From positions 1,255-65,254 of the forward strand of contig CAOKET010000006.1 of assembly GCA_948467605.1 (NCBI GenBank): a DNA stretch of 64,000 bases. The letters are read 5' to 3'. The notes under the pieces are model-generated. The model was not told where the DNA came from and ran no database searches. It saw only the letters and a program-made list of their open reading frames with translations. The position numbers and the translations under genes were made by a program. Below, in pieces: positions 59,622 to 64,000 of the stretch. Each line of letters begins with the position of its first letter. Position 1 is the first letter of the stretch. The DNA comes from an uncultured Mycoplasmatota bacterium (GTDB taxonomy: Bacteria; Bacillota_I; Bacilli_A; RF39; UBA660).

Positions 59622-60572
59622 ATGACAATAGAATTTAGTAATATGGAAAGAGCAATAGTAGAGTGTGAAACATATGACCATAAACCATTTATAGGATATA
59701 TCGCACCAAATGGAGATTTAATAGATTTTACCAAGATGTTTGGCGAGAGTGGACATGATGGTTGGGATAATCTTATATCAAATACATTCCTAAAATATAT
59801 TAGTTATATTGTTAAGAATACTTCTATCAAAAAATTAAAGGAAGAAAAAGCCAAAAAAGAAATTATAGAAAGATTAGAATATAAAGGTATAGATGAATAT
59901 GTAATTAGAGGAAATGAAGATTATATTGAAAACGATTTGATTAAAGAGATAGATTGGATTTTAAGTTATAAGCCAGATGATAGTAGAAGAGGGCATTTTA
60001 TATACCGATTGTTGTTATTTTTTAAAAATGCATATATAAATAATACTTTTTTCGAAACTATAGGTAAAAAAATCGAAGTAATTTCAGAAAGTGATTTTAT
60101 ATTAAAAAATAAACATTTACAAGGTGAAAGTTATAGCAATCAACAAATAGCATATCTAAATTATTTAACAAAACAATTAATGTCTTATTTTAAAGATATA
60201 GCAGTATGTTACCTTAGATATGATTCTATAGAAAGATTTATGCCAAATGGGGAAATAATAAAGGTACCATATAATAATAATTATATTTCTTGTTTTAACC
60301 CCTATAGCACTTATTTTTGGTATACACCTAGAATAATTACAACTTCTTATCCTAATATTAATGAGCGATTTTTTAATTTTAAAATAATGAACTGGTCTAT
60401 TCATAAATTACCAAGATATACATTTAATGAAAAAACTTTAAAATACGAAGTAGAACCAGACTATTATGATTTTATTTTTAGTAAAACAGAAGAAATATAT
60501 GAAAAAGAAATTGAGGCAATTAAAAGATTAGTACCATTAAAAGAAAGATATAAATGCTTAATTGAAAAATAA
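59622..60572 (+). CDS. Hypothetical protein (316 aa)
   Basis: RBS aaggggagtaaaaatATG; no recognisable motif. Confidence 0.4.
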   Translation: MTIEFSNMERAIVECETYDHKPFIGYIAPNGDLIDFTKMFGESGHDGWDNLISNTFLKYISYIVKNTSIKKLKEEKAKKEIIERLEYKGIDEYVIRGNEDYIENDLIKEIDWILSYKPDDSRRGHFIYRLLLFFKNAYINNTFFETIGKKIEVISESDFILKNKHLQGESYSNQQIAYLNYLTKQLMSYFKDIAVCYLRYDSIERFMPNGEIIKVPYNNNYISCFNPYSTYFWYTPRIITTSYPNINERFFNFKIMNWSIHKLPRYTFNEKTLKYEVEPDYYDFIFSKTEEIYEKEIEAIKRLVPLKERYKCLIEK

Positions 60573-60584
60573 TTAACAAATAAA

Positions 60585-61446
60585 TTAAATAAAATAAATT
60601 CCTATAATTGATGCCATTCCAAGAATTATTGCAATGGCTTTTTTTAATGTAATTTTATCAGTTTTAAATATAATTGATAAAATAACTAATAAAAATACCC
60701 TTATTTCTTGAATAATATTAACAATAACAGGGGTTTCATAAATAAAACCAATAGTGCCAAATATATAATATATTGCTTCAAATAGACCAATTAATATTAT
60801 TAATAAGAATGCACCAATGTTTAGTTTACTTTCTGTATTATCTTTATGACTACTTTTGTAAGCAAAAAATGGAATTGCAAAAAAACTATAACCTAAATTA
60901 ATAGCAATTTCACTCCCCCCCCAATTTATTAGCATATTTTATTAGATATGGTTCAATTGAATAAAATAGCACTGATATAATTATAAAAACAATACCTATA
61001 AACTTTATATTCTTAAAACTTACATCATCTTTTATTTTATTAGTTTCAAAAGTAAATAAAAATATAGAAAAAATAAATATTAAAAACATTAATATAAATT
61101 TAGGTGTTAAAGTTAAATACCCAAATACAATATCGATAATTAATACAATAAAAAGATCAGCATTTTCTAATAATGCAGCAAGACCTATAGGTATATTTTT
61201 TAAAGATTGTACATAAAACATATATCCCGCTAACATACATAATCCATATATTAATATTATTGGTATTGCTTCTAATGTTACATTTATTCCTACAAGTGAA
61301 CCATATATAATTTGAAATACTAAAGAAATTAAAGAAGTACAAAATAATATTTTATATGTACTATATTTATTTATAGCAATATCCAATGTGAAATCACAAA
61401 ATGCATTAACAATTGAAGATATTACCACAGTTATCCTCTTGCTCAT
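60585..61446 (-). pseudogene. EamA/DMT-family transporter split in two by a frameshift inside a G8 (plus-strand C8) homopolymer
   Basis: Two overlapping minus-strand ORFs (178 aa and 116 aa, about five TMs each) both read the homopolymer as Gly-Gly (...ANKLGGE* and MLINWGGSEIA...); combined length about 290 aa fits a two-domain EamA protein. Confidence 0.55.
60915..60922. repeat. C8/G8 homopolymer tract at the EamA frameshift point
   Basis: cccccccc seen directly; highly unusual in this AT-rich context. Confidence 0.9.
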
Positions 61447-61549
61447 AATACCACCTATAGAATAATTATATTATAAAATATTAATAATTTCTATAGTATA
61501 TTTAAACAGTATGTTATAATGTATATATATATGAAAAGGATAAAACAGT

Positions 61550-62080
61550 ATGAAATGTTTATTTAAAATAACGGATGATGATTTTGGGATAAAGACAAAA
61601 AAGATTGATAATTATAACTTAAGATTATCTTCTAGAGGAATTATAATAAGAAGTGATGGAAAAATTGCTATACAACACAAAACTAAAAAACATCAATTTA
61701 AACTTATAGGTGGAGGAGTAGAACTTAATGAAAATATAGTTGATGCGTTTAAAAGAGAAGTATTAGAAGAGGCAGGATGTAAGATAGAAATTATAGAACA
61801 ATTAGGAGTAACAGAAGAATATAAGCAATTACACAACTCAAAACAAATATCACATATATTTGTAGCAAGAGTTATAAACGATAACAACCAACTAAATCTT
61901 ACTAAAAGAGAAAAGGACGAAGGTTCAATTCTATTATGGGTAGAACCAAAAGAGGCCTTAGCGTTGCTAGGGGAGTGTTACAATAAAATAATACTATCAG
62001 ATAAAGAAGATGATTATGATGTTAAATTTCTTTTATTAAGAGATAAAAAAATATTGGAATATTACTTAGAAAAAAAATAG
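61550..62080 (+). CDS. Nudix hydrolase
   Basis: Nudix box GGGVELNENIVDAFKREVLEEAGC (G-x5-E-x7-REUxEExGU). Confidence 0.8.
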   Translation: MKCLFKITDDDFGIKTKKIDNYNLRLSSRGIIIRSDGKIAIQHKTKKHQFKLIGGGVELNENIVDAFKREVLEEAGCKIEIIEQLGVTEEYKQLHNSKQISHIFVARVINDNNQLNLTKREKDEGSILLWVEPKEALALLGECYNKIILSDKEDDYDVKFLLLRDKKILEYYLEKK

Positions 62081-62104
62081 TAATATAAAAATTAGGAGGG
62101 GTAC

Positions 62105-62938
62105 ATGAATATATTAATGATAAGCAATATAGATAATGATGAAAAACTAGAAGATATTTGGCTTGCGAGAACTTTTCAGAATGATGGACACAAAGTAGCA
62201 ATAGTTGATAAAAACTACGATGAAAGATTAGAAGATATATTTGATGTATTCTTACTTAGAAATAGTTGGGCATCAAGTGCAAATATAGATAATATTAAAG
62301 AAAAAGGAAAATTCTTAAAAAGAATAATAAAAAAAAATCTACCTCGTATAAATTTTGATGGCAAGTTTGATGGTGAAGGTAAAGAGTATTTAGTAGATTT
62401 ATATAAAAATGGATATCAAGTAATACCTACTATTGATAATATAGAAGATATGTATTTATTAAAATCATATGATAAATATATGTTGAAACTTAAATATAGT
62501 TATGATGGAATAGGACAAAGTATAGTAACACAAAATGAGTTAAAGAAAAAATTTAATGATTCATATATAATTCAACCATTTATTGAGTTTGTATCAGAGG
62601 TACAATTCTATTATATAAAAGAAAAGTTAGAGTATGCTTTAGAATTTAAACCAAGTAAGGTACCAATTTACCCAGATGCAGAAGAATATAAATATACTAC
62701 TAAAGAATTAGAAATGGCAAATACATTTGTAAAATTAAATGACAGTTATTATGGTATTCAAAGAGTAGACTTTATAAAATTAAAGGATGGTACGCTTCTA
62801 CTAACCGAGATAGAAGACGCTTCACCTTATCTTGATTTGGATTGTTTAGATGAAGAGTTACGAAATAAATTTATTAATGATTACAAAGAAATGGTTTATG
62901 AGTATATGGAAAACCTAAAGAATAATAAAAATAATTAA
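62105..62938 (+). CDS. ATP-grasp domain protein (RimK/GshB-like ligase fold, tentative)
   Basis: 277 aa; YIIQPFIE and LLLTEIEDASP resemble ATP-grasp B- and C-subdomain motifs; assignment tentative. Confidence 0.4.
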   Translation: MNILMISNIDNDEKLEDIWLARTFQNDGHKVAIVDKNYDERLEDIFDVFLLRNSWASSANIDNIKEKGKFLKRIIKKNLPRINFDGKFDGEGKEYLVDLYKNGYQVIPTIDNIEDMYLLKSYDKYMLKLKYSYDGIGQSIVTQNELKKKFNDSYIIQPFIEFVSEVQFYYIKEKLEYALEFKPSKVPIYPDAEEYKYTTKELEMANTFVKLNDSYYGIQRVDFIKLKDGTLLLTEIEDASPYLDLDCLDEELRNKFINDYKEMVYEYMENLKNNKNN

Positions 62939-63030
62939 GTTAGAAATATTCTTTTAATTTATAAACCTATTAAATACTAGAAATGGTATATAAAAACAAA
63001 ATATTTAATAATTTCACTGTAATAAATTAG

Positions 63031-63063
63031 AAATCATATAATAGAATTTTTATGATTTTTTAT
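63031..63063 (+). terminator. Rho-independent terminator
   Basis: aatcata-taatagaattttt-atgatt hairpin followed by T6. Confidence 0.45.
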
Positions 63064-63225
63064 TTACTAAATAAAAGAAATCAATTAAACCTTGAATTTA
63101 AACAGGAATAATAAAAATACCAAAATTATGGTACTTGACAAATTATATCAAGTGTTGTATTTTATTGTTGTAATTTTAAAAAATAAGTATAAAATTAAGA
63201 AATCATGAATGTGGGGGAAGAAAAA

Positions 63226-64000
63226 TGAAAAAAGAGAATTTAAAAGGAAGTTACAAACTACAAAGATCAGGAATATTTGGTTTAGCAATTGCTATTGCAG
63301 TTAGTTTATCTGGATGTTCAAAACCAGAAATTAAAGAAAGATATGAAAGTGAAAGTACTATAGAGTCAACAACCACTTCTTTATCAGATGAAGATTATAC
63401 AAGTAAACCAATAGATGAAGTAATAGTTGTTACAACACCAAATGTTGATTCAACTATAGGAAGTACAACACCAGATGTTGATTCAACCATAGGAAGTACA
63501 ACACCATCCAAAGAAACAACAACAAGTAATCAAACATCAAAAGAAGATTTAGAATGGCCAACACCTCCTGTTGAACAAAATAATGCTCAGACAACAATAA
63601 GCGCAATAATATCAAATCCAGATATTATTGAACCAGTTGAAGTAGTAAAACCATCTACTACAAAACCTTCTGAGACAACAACAAAACCAACAAAGCCAAA
63701 TAAAGATACTTCAAAAACTAGTGCAACACCATCAACAAGTAAAACAGAACCAACACAAAAGCCAGTTACAACAACTGTAACTACAGTAACATCAGAAACA
63801 GAGGTTACTAAGCCAGTTGAAACTACTGAAACATCTTCAGTAACTACGACAACTGAACCAATAGAAGTAATAACACCAGAAGAAACTGAACCAATAGAAA
63901 CAAGACCGAATAGACCAAATAGACCAAGTTGGCCAAGTTGGAGACCAAGTCAAACAACAACTCCAACAACACCACCAAAACCAGAAGAAACAAAACCTTC
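63226..64000 (+). CDS. Thr/Pro-rich surface lipoprotein (N-terminal part; continues beyond window)
   Basis: RBS gggggaagaaaaATG; signal peptide with lipobox LSGCS; long T/P/E/S-rich low-complexity region with repeats; no stop before the window end. Confidence 0.6.
63435..63506 (+). repeat. Tandem 33-bp repeat (about 2.2 copies) inside the lipoprotein gene
   Basis: acaccaaatgttgattcaactataggaagtaca / acaccagatgttgattcaaccataggaagtaca encoding TPNVDSTIGST / TPDVDSTIGST. Confidence 0.6.

Overview
This is an AT-rich window (roughly 27-30% GC by eye) from a low-GC Firmicutes chromosome. Several features point to a spore-former of the Clostridia type. These are a GerE-like regulator, a GerM-like protein, three YjcZ-like Gly/Tyr/Cys-rich mini-proteins, AGA-dominated Arg codon usage, and tRNA-Arg(UCU) and tRNA-Arg(CCU) genes.

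Most of the window is core housekeeping. It carries the RNase Y C-terminus, truB, rpsO, a type IIA topoisomerase B subunit, rnc-smc, def, an ftsW/rodA-family gene, comEA-comEC, polA, scpA-scpB, pepC, recX, two tandem prsA paralogs, a HIT gene, a sufC-D-S-U-B operon, a cell-wall amidase, a P-type ATPase, and ABC and CDF transporters.

Between these lie three short accessory or decaying segments, each anchored on a tRNA gene:
- tRNA-Leu(CAA) at 28.7 kb is followed by degenerate small ORFs, a frameshifted and truncated RhuM gene, and an uncharacterised two-gene module.
- tRNA-Arg(UCU) at 49.6 kb is followed by a MerR regulator, a soluble VirD4/TraG-like P-loop ATPase, and a DUF218 pseudogene.
- tRNA-Arg(CCU) at 56.7 kb is followed by a frameshifted transglutaminase-like gene, an unknown-SDR-unknown operon, an EamA transporter split at a C8/G8 homopolymer, and Nudix and ATP-grasp genes.

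The most interesting systems-level observation concerns two paralogous DUF1016/YhcG-type PD-(D/E)XK nuclease genes. One is translationally coupled to comEC. The other sits directly downstream of a short, tail-less SsbB-like ssb that uses a non-ATG (ATA) start codon. This suggests a nuclease module linked to DNA uptake.

I found no CRISPR array, rRNA gene, complete prophage or intact transposon. All functional calls rest on motif recognition by eye and should be confirmed by database searches.
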